Shown here piece after piece: positions 37,461-48,065 of a DNA stretch of 64,000 nt. The stretch comes from Bacteroidia bacterium (GTDB lineage Bacteria; Bacteroidota; Bacteroidia; NS11-12g; UBA9320). The DNA is taken from positions 512,001 through 576,000 of the forward strand of contig CBDCFW010000006.1 in the NCBI GenBank assembly GCA_965216465.1, written 5' to 3'. The first letter of the stretch is position 1, and each line of letters begins with the position of its first letter. Below the pieces are notes generated by a model, which searched no databases, was not told where the DNA came from, and worked only from the letters and a program-made list of their open reading frames with translations. The translations under genes and the position numbers were made by a program.

Positions 37461-40340
37461 CTAGTCTATCATAACTTTGAAGTTCAACGAATTATTGTCG
37501 GCAGTTAAGGTTAAATAATATAGCCCTTCTGGCAATTCTGAAACGTTGATTTCTATATGGTTGCTTTTGGCGATGGTTGAGTACACCATTTTACCTTCTA
37601 CATTGAACAATTCAACACGGCTATTAACAATGTTACCTTCGGTTGAAATGTTTAAGAAATCTGTAGCTGGATTTGGATATAGTGTATAGCTCACGCCATT
37701 CAAATAAACAATGCTATTTGGTTTCAATCTTACCATAACGGTATCAGAATCTGTACAACCATTATCGTCAGTAACCGTTACATGGTATGAACCTGAATCG
37801 GTAACTGTGATGCTAGATGTAGTTGCACCTGTACTCCAGTCATAATCGGCATAGCCAGTTCCTGGGGTAAGTTCAATACTTTTACCATCGATCACTGCAG
37901 TATCAGGACCTAAGGTTATTGATGGAGAAGTAAACTCGTCAATGTGAATTGTATCGGTGTATGAACAGTCATCACTGTTAGTAACCGTTAAATAGTAAGT
38001 ACCTGGACCTGTTGCATTAAACGTTTCGTTTGAAGAGCCATTGTGCCATAAATAATCATCCATATTGGCTGGACCTTGCAATTGAACATTAACTTCATCG
38101 CAGTAACCCGTATCGTTTCCTAAACTGAACTCTGGCGCAGCAATTTGGGTAACGGTTATGGTATCAAAAGCTGGACAATCGAAACTGTTGTAAGCCTCTA
38201 ACCAATAAGTACCTCCTTCGCTAACTGTTAAGCTAGCACTTGAAGATGCTGTATCGTTCCATTTGTAGTCGCTTAATGAGGTAGGACCAAAAATAGTAAT
38301 GTCTGTTCCTTCGCAGAATGAGGTATCGTTTCCAAGATCTATAGTAGATGCTGGATTCGTCAAAATCTGAATTTGATCTGAGTATTTACAACCGAATGCG
38401 TCTGTAACCTCTAGTGTATGAATTCTAGATTCGCTCGTAATCAAGAATCGGTCACCGCTATCTACCCCATTCCATTTGTAGTTAACTCCACCAAATGGGC
38501 CAAAGAGTGTGATGCTCAAGTTTTCACAAATGGTAGTGTCTTCTCCTAAATCAAACGTCGGAAGCTCTCTTATTTCAACACCAATAGTATCCGTATACAG
38601 ACATGAATTAGCATCAATCATGCTTAGAACTAACGTATCTGCAATTCTCAACTTAATGGACTGCGTGTTGTACAATGTTTTTCCCTGCCATGTATATGAG
38701 TTCATTCCACTTACGGCTGTAAGAATAACACTGTCTTTTTCACAAAAGAATGTATCTGCAAGAGGTGCAATAGTTTGTCGAGCATTTACTTTAACATACA
38801 CCTCAGCTGAATCTGTAGTACAAGCACCGTCAGAAGAACTTACAAATAATTTGTAAGTCGTCGAAGAAGTTGGAGAAACCGTTGGGTTTGCGCTTGAAGA
38901 TGTCCAAGATGATCCTTCTGCGGACCATGTATACGTATATCCGCTAATGGCAGATCTACCAATTCTTAATTCGTCGTTAGTACAAATCACAAATGAATCA
39001 CCTGCAACACGTGCTTCTAGTTTACAACAGAAAGTTGTGTCGTCGTTTGTATTTGAACTTCTGGTGAAAATTGCATTCCCTGTGCCTCCAACACTTCCTG
39101 AATTCATGTAAGCGTTACTAGACAAGTTTAATACTCCATTTAAAATATTGTCTTGAAGTCCAATACAAGTATTACTTAGATTATCATCCACCTTAGTCAA
39201 GAATAAGTCTTCGTTGTTGTTGCTCATCGGTGACTCACCTGAACCGAAGACAGATAATCCAATCGAGTTCACATAGCTAACTGCAGCTTGGCTTCGTCCA
39301 TCGGCTCCAAAACCACCATAGGTATTAGATGCAGTGATTCCTCCACCAGAAAATGTCTGAACCAAAATTACATCCCGAACTGAGATTGCAGCTTGTCCAG
39401 TAAAAATCAGCGACATTGTTCCATCGCTTTGGTAGTCAACATCATAAACGCTATCTGCACCAAAAGTTCCGAACCATTCTGCGTTGTCAATAGCTAACGT
39501 TGTGTCGAGAACTGCAAGAAATGCATCGTAGCCTGTACCGGTTCCACCTTCTGTATTACCTGCGATAAGGTAATCGCCATCATTTGTGAAATCGATCGCC
39601 CTGGCTAAATCATTGCTTGTAGTTCCAAAGTTTTTATGCTTAAGTACTGCACCTCCTGTGTTGGTTACAATAACTTGTGCATCCATATCGCCAGTAGAGC
39701 CAATATTTACAGAATCGTAATCGGTGCTACCAACAATTACGATATTTCCTTTTTTATCTTCGCCAAGTGCGTATCCTTGTTCGTTACCTGCACCTCCATA
39801 GGTCTTAACCCATGAAAAACTTCCTGTCGAGCTTAATCGAGCTAAGAAAATATTGTTGTTGAAACTATCAAGGTCAATAGTTCCTACCATATAAATATCT
39901 CCATTACGTGCTTCAATTGCGTCATAAGCGCATTCTGTACTATCGGAGCGAATTGATTTCGTCCATTGCACGGTTCCAGAACCGTTAATTTTCATTAGAA
40001 AAGCATCAACGCCTGTGTTTCCAAAGCCTGCTGACTTTCCCGCTACAAGTGCTCCTCCATCGAATGTTGGATTGATCTTGTAGGCAATATCGTCAACACC
40101 GGTACCATAGGTGTATGACCAAGTCACATCTCCAAGACCATTGGTTCTTGTAATTTGAACATCCAATCCACCTTGGCCAAAACTATTGGTGGTAGAAAGT
40201 AAAAAATAGTCTCCGTTTGAGGCTTGAAACATTGACCTAGCTTGGTCGGTTGAATCATCCTTCATTACTCGTGTGAACTCAGTTTGAGCAAATGACGAAA
40301 TAGCAAAAAGCAAAAGAAAAGAAAGCGATAGTTTTTTCAT
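37461..40340 (-). CDS. T9SS type-A cargo: beta-propeller plus LGxDT..C Ig-like repeats
   Basis: Signal peptide FAQ, W.KTYGG propeller repeats, LG.DT..C repeats, C-terminal LYPNPA...GLYY domain. Confidence 0.85.
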   Translation of the reverse strand: MKKLSLSFLLLFAISSFAQTEFTRVMKDDSTDQARSMFQASNGDYFLLSTTNSFGQGGLDVQITRTNGLGDVTWSYTYGTGVDDIAYKINPTFDGGALVAGKSAGFGNTGVDAFLMKINGSGTVQWTKSIRSDSTECAYDAIEARNGDIYMVGTIDLDSFNNNIFLARLSSTGSFSWVKTYGGAGNEQGYALGEDKKGNIVIVGSTDYDSVNIGSTGDMDAQVIVTNTGGAVLKHKNFGTTSNDLARAIDFTNDGDYLIAGNTEGGTGTGYDAFLAVLDTTLAIDNAEWFGTFGADSVYDVDYQSDGTMSLIFTGQAAISVRDVILVQTFSGGGITASNTYGGFGADGRSQAAVSYVNSIGLSVFGSGESPMSNNNEDLFLTKVDDNLSNTCIGLQDNILNGVLNLSSNAYMNSGSVGGTGNAIFTRSSNTNDDTTFCCKLEARVAGDSFVICTNDELRIGRSAISGYTYTWSAEGSSWTSSSANPTVSPTSSTTYKLFVSSSDGACTTDSAEVYVKVNARQTIAPLADTFFCEKDSVILTAVSGMNSYTWQGKTLYNTQSIKLRIADTLVLSMIDANSCLYTDTIGVEIRELPTFDLGEDTTICENLSITLFGPFGGVNYKWNGVDSGDRFLITSESRIHTLEVTDAFGCKYSDQIQILTNPASTIDLGNDTSFCEGTDITIFGPTSLSDYKWNDTASSSASLTVSEGGTYWLEAYNSFDCPAFDTITVTQIAAPEFSLGNDTGYCDEVNVQLQGPANMDDYLWHNGSSNETFNATGPGTYYLTVTNSDDCSYTDTIHIDEFTSPSITLGPDTAVIDGKSIELTPGTGYADYDWSTGATTSSITVTDSGSYHVTVTDDNGCTDSDTVMVRLKPNSIVYLNGVSYTLYPNPATDFLNISTEGNIVNSRVELFNVEGKMVYSTIAKSNHIEINVSELPEGLYYLTLTADNNSLNFKVMID

Positions 40341-40378
40341 GTAGTAACTGATTTAAAATCGTCGCAAAATAGCCCTTT

Positions 40379-40948
40379 TTACGAACTTTGATGCCATCTT
40401 TTGGCAACTTTAACCGAATAGGCTAAAAAATCTTTGAAGCCTGAATTAAATGCTTCGTTTGATAATAGGTTTCCATCGTGGTCGATGCACTGTGAAATCT
40501 CTTGTACTTCAAAGGTCTTTGGGCTCGTAATACTATCGAGATTGAAGTAGTTAAATATCTTATTAAAAACATAGCCAAGCTGTACCGCTGGCATTCTTCC
40601 ACCTCTTCCAGAACTCACCCCAATATTTGCAACAACTAAGTTGTTAAAAATGGATGAATATCTGTCGTTGGCCAATTGATGAACCATGTTTATAACCTCT
40701 GAAGTTGGAAACCAATTGTATTCTGGAGTAAGCACAAAAAGCAAGTCGCAATTATCAATTGCATCAACCAATTGTTTCTGAAATGAGGTTTCTTCGCCTC
40801 TAACCAATGACCCTTCTGCAAATGAAGGAAGATCGTAGTTTTGAAAATCGACTAGCACCGAATTCTCAACCAACTTATTGATGGCCTTTGCCGCTTTCAC
40901 GGTATTGTTATTCTTTCGTGCTGAACCCGATATTATCGCTACTTTCAT
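40379..40948 (-). CDS. NADPH-dependent FMN reductase
   Basis: IISGSAR, TPEYN, GVSSGRGG. Confidence 0.88.
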   Translation of the reverse strand: MKVAIISGSARKNNNTVKAAKAINKLVENSVLVDFQNYDLPSFAEGSLVRGEETSFQKQLVDAIDNCDLLFVLTPEYNWFPTSEVINMVHQLANDRYSSIFNNLVVANIGVSSGRGGRMPAVQLGYVFNKIFNYFNLDSITSPKTFEVQEISQCIDHDGNLLSNEAFNSGFKDFLAYSVKVAKRWHQSS

Positions 40949-41475
40949 TGTTGCTTAATCATTTTTGCAATTTCTGTTACGGTCCTAAAATTTCTTCCAA
41001 AATCAATAAACCATAATGTTGTAAATGGTTGACTTTCTACAACATACACATCTCCATCATGGCTTATTGTGATGTCGTCAGGCTTCATTAAATGAACCAA
41101 TTTTTTGGCTCCAATAGAGCGACTACCAACCACAATTTCTTTATATCTTTTGTTTTGTTGGAGTTTCGCTCCCAGATCTTCTAAGGAAATATCTCCTTTT
41201 ATAAATACCTTTTGCTTCGACTTCATGTAATTTTCGTTCGGTGCTTTTCCTGCAAGTTCAAAACTTACAGCGTGATACATCGAAACCAAAAAACCAATCG
41301 CAAACGAGACAAATAGGGCTACGTCAATATTGTTTTGTATAAATGTAAAACCATACTTCCATCCATCTTCTTTAGAAATCACAATTACAAGTGCTACAGG
41401 AAGCACCAAAAGCGACACCCTTAAGATGTATGTTAAAATCACTAGAAGCTTGAATAAAAATTGCTGAATATTCAT
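40945..41475 (-). CDS. hypothetical membrane protein
   Basis: Two N-terminal hydrophobic helices, C-terminal DFGRN; tight operon spacing. Confidence 0.65.
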   Translation of the reverse strand: MNIQQFLFKLLVILTYILRVSLLVLPVALVIVISKEDGWKYGFTFIQNNIDVALFVSFAIGFLVSMYHAVSFELAGKAPNENYMKSKQKVFIKGDISLEDLGAKLQQNKRYKEIVVGSRSIGAKKLVHLMKPDDITISHDGDVYVVESQPFTTLWFIDFGRNFRTVTEIAKMIKQQ

Positions 41476-41478
41476 AAT

Positions 41479-42333
41479 TTATTTCATGATCTTAGCTAAA
41501 ACCGCATAGGCTGCTTCGAGGTTGTAATCCGCAAGCAGCGTTTTAGCTTTATCTAAAGTTAATTCTACATTTCCTAACTTATCTATCTCTTTATCTACCA
41601 TTTCCGAAGATGGTAATTCGAGCATGTTTCCTAATTTACCGAGATCATTGCCCGTAAGTTGGTCACTTAATCGTATAAACTCAGGAAGACGGTCAACACC
41701 AATTCCTTGCGTGGTTATTGGCTTATCGATTTCGAACATAGATGCACCATTTGCACGGCTGTACCAGTTTCCTCCCATACGAGCAACCAGGTCAATTTTG
41801 GTTTGATCTATTCGGCCGTTCTCATCCAGAAGGGCTTCTCTCACATGAATGCGTTGTACTTCACAGATAACTAAATTTCCTGCGGCTCCGCCATCTCCAA
41901 GTGATTTTACCTCAAGCACCTTGCATTCAAACTGCACTGGAGATTCTTTAACTCTTAATGGCTTTATGGTTTCGGAGGCAATGCCGGTAAATCCAGCCTT
42001 TTCAAACTCATTTACTCCCTTAGGATATGGTGAACTGGCTAAGCTCATTTGGTGTACCATATCGTAGGTAACTACATTAATCACCACCTCTGGTACTTCG
42101 AGCACATTGTCTAAGGTATTTTTGGTTTCGAGTGTTCTTCCACTTCTAGCCGGTGAAAATATCATTACCGGAGGGTTTGAGCTAAACACATTAAAGAAGC
42201 TAAAAGGAGCCAAGTTGGGATTCCCATCTTTATCTATCGTACTAGCAAAAGCAATTGGACGCGGACCGACTCCACCAAGCATATAATGATGGCGAACCGG
42301 AATGGTCAATTCTTTTGGATCAATGGATAACAT
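41479..42333 (-). CDS. flavin reductase-like family protein
   Basis: PRPIAFAST, NLAPFSFFN, ESPVQFEC, RMGGNWY. Confidence 0.88.
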   Translation of the reverse strand: MLSIDPKELTIPVRHHYMLGGVGPRPIAFASTIDKDGNPNLAPFSFFNVFSSNPPVMIFSPARSGRTLETKNTLDNVLEVPEVVINVVTYDMVHQMSLASSPYPKGVNEFEKAGFTGIASETIKPLRVKESPVQFECKVLEVKSLGDGGAAGNLVICEVQRIHVREALLDENGRIDQTKIDLVARMGGNWYSRANGASMFEIDKPITTQGIGVDRLPEFIRLSDQLTGNDLGKLGNMLELPSSEMVDKEIDKLGNVELTLDKAKTLLADYNLEAAYAVLAKIMK

Positions 42334-43613
42334 TATTTCTTTACAACTATAAATTTATTCTTCTTCCCTTTTTGAAGTAAGATGTATTTGTCATTAATAA
42401 GATCATCAGACGATATAGTATATTCTTCTGTAACCTTTTCACTATTAACAGCAATCGCATTGCCTTTTAGTTCACGCTTAGCCTCACTTTTACTGCTTAA
42501 AAATCCTGAGTCAGCCAAGAGGTCCACAATATTTTGGCCTTCAACAGCCTCTACCTCAGCTTGATTTACCCCATTAAACACTGATAAGAAATCTTTCTCC
42601 GATAGTTTTCTCAACGATTCTGATGTTCCCTTTCCGAACAAAATCTGAGTTGCTTCGAATGCTGTGTTAAAACCTTCTTCACCATGCACCCAAGTTGTAA
42701 TATACTTCGCTAGTTCTTTCTGAAGTGACTTTCTATACTCTTGTCCTTTGTGCTCTGCAATTAACTCATTGATTTTAGCTTCATCGTATAACGTGAAAAT
42801 CTTAATCAGTCTTTCTGCGTCTTCATCAGAAGTATTAATCCAATACTGATAAAATTCGTATGGACTTGTTTTTTCAGCATCAAGCCACACATTTCCACCC
42901 TCACTTTTACCAAACTTACTTCCGTCTGCTTTGGTCAATAATGGAGCCGTCATGGCGTAACCTTTTCCTTCGCCTTTTCTTCTAATCAGCTCAGTTCCTG
43001 TAACGATATTTCCCCATTGGTCGCTACCTCCCATTTGGAGTTTTACGTTTCGCTTATCCCACAGGTGAAAGAAATCATAGCCCTGTACTAATTGGTAGCT
43101 AAACTCTGTGAAGCTCATGCCGTCTTCCAATCGATTTTTCACAGAATCTTTGGCCATCATGTAGTTCACAGATATGTGCTTTCCAACATCACGAATGAAT
43201 TCAAGAAAATTAAAATCTTTAAACCAGTCGTGATTATTTACTACTTCAGCACTATTGTCTCCGCAATCAAAATCAAGGAACTTTTCGAGTTGTTTCTTTT
43301 GACAAGCCAAATTGTGATTGATAACATCGATGTCAAGCAAGCTTCGTTCAGCTTTCTTGCCAGAAGGGTCTCCAACCATTCCTGTTGCTCCACCAACAAG
43401 TGCAAATGGCTTGTGGCCAGAGCGTTGCAAATGAACGAGCAGAATTATAGGAACCATATTCCCGATGTGTAATGAATCGGCAGTGGGGTCGAACCCGATA
43501 TATCCGCTTACCATTTCTTCCATCAATAATTCTTCGGTTCCGGGCATGTCTTGGTGAAACAATCCCCTCCACTTTAACTCTTCAACTAAATTGTATTTAG
43601 GTTTAAAAGACAT
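42333..43613 (-). CDS. tyrS: tyrosine--tRNA ligase
   Basis: GFDPTADSLHIGN, GGSDQWGNI, KFGKS, C-terminal S4 domain. Confidence 0.98.
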   Translation of the reverse strand: MSFKPKYNLVEELKWRGLFHQDMPGTEELLMEEMVSGYIGFDPTADSLHIGNMVPIILLVHLQRSGHKPFALVGGATGMVGDPSGKKAERSLLDIDVINHNLACQKKQLEKFLDFDCGDNSAEVVNNHDWFKDFNFLEFIRDVGKHISVNYMMAKDSVKNRLEDGMSFTEFSYQLVQGYDFFHLWDKRNVKLQMGGSDQWGNIVTGTELIRRKGEGKGYAMTAPLLTKADGSKFGKSEGGNVWLDAEKTSPYEFYQYWINTSDEDAERLIKIFTLYDEAKINELIAEHKGQEYRKSLQKELAKYITTWVHGEEGFNTAFEATQILFGKGTSESLRKLSEKDFLSVFNGVNQAEVEAVEGQNIVDLLADSGFLSSKSEAKRELKGNAIAVNSEKVTEEYTISSDDLINDKYILLQKGKKNKFIVVKK

Positions 43614-43706
43614 TTCTGTTTGATAATAAGCGGCAAATGTAGCAAATGGGTGATGGAAAGTTCTAATTAGTTATTTGAAATTCGATTACATTTGACCTCA
43701 CACAAT

Positions 43707-46502
43707 ATGTCATCTGAAAAAAAGCTTTTTCTACTCGATGCCTATGCACTAATTTTTAGAGCATACTACGCATTCATTAAAAATCCGAGAATTACTTCTT
43801 ACGGTTTAAATACCAATGCAATTTTTGGGTTTACTACCACGTTGCTTGAGGTCTTGGAGAAATACAAACCCACGCACATTGCAGTTTGCTTCGACCACAA
43901 ATCTGAGAATATTCGAAAACAAGAATTCGAGTTTTATAAAGCCAATCGAGATGAAACCCCAGAAGACATAAAGCGCTCTGAACCTTTTATACGAAAGATT
44001 ATCGATGCATTCAATATTCCTATAATTGAGAAAGAAGGCTATGAGGCTGACGACGTAATTGTAACGCTAGCAAAACACGCAGAAAATGCGGGATTTACCA
44101 CGTATATGATGACGCCGGATAAGGATTTTGGACAGGCTGTAACGGAGAAAACACTCATGTTTAGACCTGCCAGAGGAGGTAATGCTCCTGAAGTTTGGGG
44201 GCCTGCAGAAATTTGTGCAAAGTTTGGAATAAACCGAACCGAGCAGGTTATTGATGTTCTTGGACTCATGGGTGACGCCGTCGATAACATCCCTGGAGTT
44301 CCGGGAGTAGGAGCGAAAACAGCAGCCAAGCTTTTACAAGAATTTGATTCTATTGAAAACCTGTACGAGAACACTGATAAGCTCAAAGGAAAGCTCAAAG
44401 AGAAAATAGAAGAGAACAAAGAGTCTGCCTTTATATCTAAAAAACTAGCAACAATAATTACCGATGTTCCCGTTGAATTTAATGAACAAGATCTTATTGT
44501 AGAAGAAGCAAATAAAGAAACGCTTAATCAACTTTTCACCGAACTAGAATTTAGGACCCTAGGCAAACGAATCTTTGGTGATCAAATGGCTGCAGGAATG
44601 GCCGTTCAAGGAGATCTTTTTGCATCTGGGCCATCAGCAGCAGCACCTTCTGCTACACCTGAAACCACAGCCTCTGGCTTGGTTCGTTTACAAACTATTG
44701 ACTCTGTTGATCACAATTATAAACTCGTTGATAATCAACAACTAAGAACGGAGTTGATTGGCAATATCATGAGTCAAAAATCGGTATGTTTCGATACAGA
44801 AACCACTTCATTAAATGAAATGGATGCCGAAATTTTAGGGCTCGCAATTGCTTATGAATCTGGTGAGGCATTTTATGTGAACATGCCTGCTGATTTTGAA
44901 GAAACCAAATCGATTTTAAGCGAATTCAAACCCTTTTTTGAGAGCCTAAAAATTGAAAAAATAGCACAAAATCTGAAGTACGACTTGAAGGTTCTCGTCA
45001 AATATGGAATCGAAATTAAAGGACCTCAATTCGACACCATGCTGGCCCATTACTTGAACAATCCAGACGGTAGACACGGTATGGATATTTTATCTGAGAA
45101 GTATTTGAACTACAAGCCGGTTTCTATCACCGAATTGATTGGAAAAAAAGGCAAGAACCAACTGTCATTTTCTGAAGTTCCGCTAGATAAAGCTACAGAA
45201 TATGCTGCTGAAGATGCAGATATTACCTTCCAACTAAAAGCTCCATTGCAAAAGGAGATGATCGACAAGCAAGTAGCACATTTGATGCAACGCATGGAAG
45301 TGCCTTTGGTATCTGTACTTGCCAAAATGGAATTGGAAGGGGTTAATGTAGATGCCGACTTCTTAAACAACTATTCGGAGGAACTTAAAATTGAATCCGA
45401 TAAACTAGAACAGTCTATCTATGATTTATCAGGTTGTGATTTCAACATTGCAAGTCCAAAACAACTTGGAGAAGTGCTCTTTGACGTGATGAAACTCGAT
45501 AGCAAAGCCAAAAAAACGCGAACCGGTCAGTACAAGACCGATGAAGAAACACTACGTAAACTGGCTGAAGATCATGAGATTGTAGGTAACATATTGGAGT
45601 TTCGTCAAATTAATAAGCTAAAATCGACTTATGTAGATGCTTTACCCAAATTGATACATCCGAGCACTGGACGCGTACACACCAGCTTCGCTCAGGCCGT
45701 TGCTGCAACAGGAAGATTGAGCAGCAACAACCCCAACCTGCAAAACATTCCGATTAGAACGGATAAAGGGAAAGAGATTCGAAAAGCATTTGTTCCTAGA
45801 GATGAAAATCACATACTTTTAGCTGCGGACTATTCTCAGATTGAATTGAGAATTGTTGCTTCTGTTGCTGAAGATCCTGGACTGATGGAAGCTTTTCATG
45901 CCGGATTAGATATTCATACCGCAACTGCAGCCAAAGTGTTTGGAATTCCAACCGAAGAAGTTACCAAAGAGCAACGCTATCGAGCTAAGAGTGTAAACTT
46001 TGGCTTAATTTATGGACAAGGAGCATTTGGACTTTCTAAAAATATTGGGGTGTCGAGAAGTGAAGCACAAGATCTTATTGAAGCTTATTTTGAACAATTT
46101 GCTGGAGTTAAGAAATACATGGATGACTCCATTGCATTTTGTCGAGACAATGGATATGTAAAAACCATGATGGGTAGGAGAAGATATATTCCAGACATCA
46201 ACTCAGCGAACAAAACGGTGGTTGGATTTGCTGAGCGAAATGCTATTAATGCACCGATTCAAGGATCTGCTGCTGACATGATTAAGATGGCCATGATAAA
46301 CATTGATGCCCGCTTGAGTAAAATGAATATTGGCACCAAAATGATTCTACAGGTGCATGATGAATTACTTTTTGACGTTCCTAAATCTGAACTTGACGAA
46401 ATTACACCCATTATTAAACAAGAAATGGAAAGAGCAATGCCGCTCAAAGTACCTGTTTTGGTTGAAGCTGGCACCGGGAATAATTGGCTTGAAGCTCACT
46501 AA
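43707..46502 (+). CDS. polA: DNA polymerase I
   Basis: 5'-3' exonuclease (YKANR, EADD, DNIPGVPGVG), DTETT 3'-5' exonuclease, RLSSNNPNLQNIP, ADYSQIELR, QVHDEL. Confidence 0.98.
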   Translation: MSSEKKLFLLDAYALIFRAYYAFIKNPRITSYGLNTNAIFGFTTTLLEVLEKYKPTHIAVCFDHKSENIRKQEFEFYKANRDETPEDIKRSEPFIRKIIDAFNIPIIEKEGYEADDVIVTLAKHAENAGFTTYMMTPDKDFGQAVTEKTLMFRPARGGNAPEVWGPAEICAKFGINRTEQVIDVLGLMGDAVDNIPGVPGVGAKTAAKLLQEFDSIENLYENTDKLKGKLKEKIEENKESAFISKKLATIITDVPVEFNEQDLIVEEANKETLNQLFTELEFRTLGKRIFGDQMAAGMAVQGDLFASGPSAAAPSATPETTASGLVRLQTIDSVDHNYKLVDNQQLRTELIGNIMSQKSVCFDTETTSLNEMDAEILGLAIAYESGEAFYVNMPADFEETKSILSEFKPFFESLKIEKIAQNLKYDLKVLVKYGIEIKGPQFDTMLAHYLNNPDGRHGMDILSEKYLNYKPVSITELIGKKGKNQLSFSEVPLDKATEYAAEDADITFQLKAPLQKEMIDKQVAHLMQRMEVPLVSVLAKMELEGVNVDADFLNNYSEELKIESDKLEQSIYDLSGCDFNIASPKQLGEVLFDVMKLDSKAKKTRTGQYKTDEETLRKLAEDHEIVGNILEFRQINKLKSTYVDALPKLIHPSTGRVHTSFAQAVAATGRLSSNNPNLQNIPIRTDKGKEIRKAFVPRDENHILLAADYSQIELRIVASVAEDPGLMEAFHAGLDIHTATAAKVFGIPTEEVTKEQRYRAKSVNFGLIYGQGAFGLSKNIGVSRSEAQDLIEAYFEQFAGVKKYMDDSIAFCRDNGYVKTMMGRRRYIPDINSANKTVVGFAERNAINAPIQGSAADMIKMAMINIDARLSKMNIGTKMILQVHDELLFDVPKSELDEITPIIKQEMERAMPLKVPVLVEAGTGNNWLEAH

Positions 46503-46523
46503 TTAATAATATTGCCCCAAAAT

Positions 46524-47267
46524 ATGTCTAAAACCTATTTTGCTTCAGATTTTCATTTAGGAATACCTAATTATGAGGAGTCGCTCAAGCGAGAGAAAAA
46601 AGTTGTTGCTTGGCTCGATGAAATCAGTGAGGATTGTGAAAAATTGTTTTTGCTTGGAGACATATTTGATTTCTGGTACGAGTACCGTAAAGCTGTGCCT
46701 CGCTACTATACGCGATTGTTAGGGAAGCTTGCTCAAATGTCTGACAGCGGAATAGAAATCTACTTTTTTAAAGGAAACCACGATATGTGGACGTTCGATT
46801 ACCTTGAGAAAGAAATTGGTGTTACCGTGGTTAATGAAGAATGGATGGGAGAAATTAACGACAAGAATTTTTACTTGCATCATGGAGACGCCTTGTGGAA
46901 AGGTGAACGTTCTTACAAGATGATTCGCAAGTTGTTTAGAAGCCGTTGGGCGATCTGGTTATTCCATCGTTTACACCCCAATTTTGGTATTGGACTCGCT
47001 AATTTCTTATCGCGGAAAAGCAGAAGTAAAAATGTAGCAAAAGACACGAAGGAGATTCCTTTAGAAAGCGAATATCAATACCAGTTTGCCAAACATCATG
47101 TAAAAGATCATTCCTTCGATTTCTATATCTTTGGTCATCGACATAAGCCCATGGATGTACTTCTAAACGAAAAATCTCGTTTAATTAACCTAGGTGATTG
47201 GGTGAATTTTTACACCTACGCAGAGTTTGACGGTAATGATTTGCAACTTAAGACATATAGCAATTAG
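46524..47267 (+). CDS. lpxH: UDP-2,3-diacylglucosamine diphosphatase
   Basis: SDFHLG, LGDIFDFW, GNHD, HGD, FGHRH, NLGDW. Confidence 0.85.
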   Translation: MSKTYFASDFHLGIPNYEESLKREKKVVAWLDEISEDCEKLFLLGDIFDFWYEYRKAVPRYYTRLLGKLAQMSDSGIEIYFFKGNHDMWTFDYLEKEIGVTVVNEEWMGEINDKNFYLHHGDALWKGERSYKMIRKLFRSRWAIWLFHRLHPNFGIGLANFLSRKSRSKNVAKDTKEIPLESEYQYQFAKHHVKDHSFDFYIFGHRHKPMDVLLNEKSRLINLGDWVNFYTYAEFDGNDLQLKTYSN

Positions 47268-48036
47268 CATCTTTGCACTTCTAATTTGTGGAGTGGGATT
47301 TGCACAAGATTCACTTGTTGTAAAGTCTGTCGATCAAATCGAAGCATTGGCTTTAGATGCTAATGGGTTTTTTTACGCCGCGGATAATAATAATACGCTT
47401 CATAAACTGGACGAAAATGGCAAAGAAATCACCAATGTAAATGTGAAAATCTACGGTAAGATTTCAAAAATTGATTGCTCTAATCCATTTGAAATTTACA
47501 CTTATCATCAAGATCAAAACGTTGTGGTTTACTATGATAACATGTTGAATATTAGAGGAGTAACTCGTTTTAACGACTTGTACCTTAGCGGTGTTTCGGC
47601 CATTGCTCGAACCTACGACAATGGGGTTTGGGCGTTTGACAATTCGAATAATACCATTAAAAAAATATCGAAAGCAGGTGATATTGAGTTTGAAACCAAT
47701 AACGTGAATATAATGCTTGGAAAAGAGCTTCATGTATTCAACATTTTGGAGTTTAATAACAATGTTTATTTGTGTGATAGTCTGATTGGATTGATTCAGT
47801 TTGATATGTACGGGACTTACGTTTCTACCCACTTTATTTCAGACGTAATTGATGCTCTTATTGATGATCAAAATTGTCTGATCAACAAAGACAATCAGAT
47901 CATGACATACCATTTTTTAAGTCGTGATTTGAGACCGATAGAACCCAAAATTACATTGACCAATTTTATGGCAGGAAGCAATACCAAACTGGTATCATTC
48001 GAGAATAATGTGATTTTGGTCTTTACTGCCAATTAA
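47227..48036 (+). CDS. hypothetical secreted protein (propeller-like)
   Basis: Signal peptide FAQ, IDCSNPF, FDMYGTY; long ORF in operon context. Confidence 0.65.
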   Translation: MTVMICNLRHIAISIFALLICGVGFAQDSLVVKSVDQIEALALDANGFFYAADNNNTLHKLDENGKEITNVNVKIYGKISKIDCSNPFEIYTYHQDQNVVVYYDNMLNIRGVTRFNDLYLSGVSAIARTYDNGVWAFDNSNNTIKKISKAGDIEFETNNVNIMLGKELHVFNILEFNNNVYLCDSLIGLIQFDMYGTYVSTHFISDVIDALIDDQNCLINKDNQIMTYHFLSRDLRPIEPKITLTNFMAGSNTKLVSFENNVILVFTAN

Positions 48037-48065
48037 AACAATATTTTTGCAGCTAATTTTTACCG

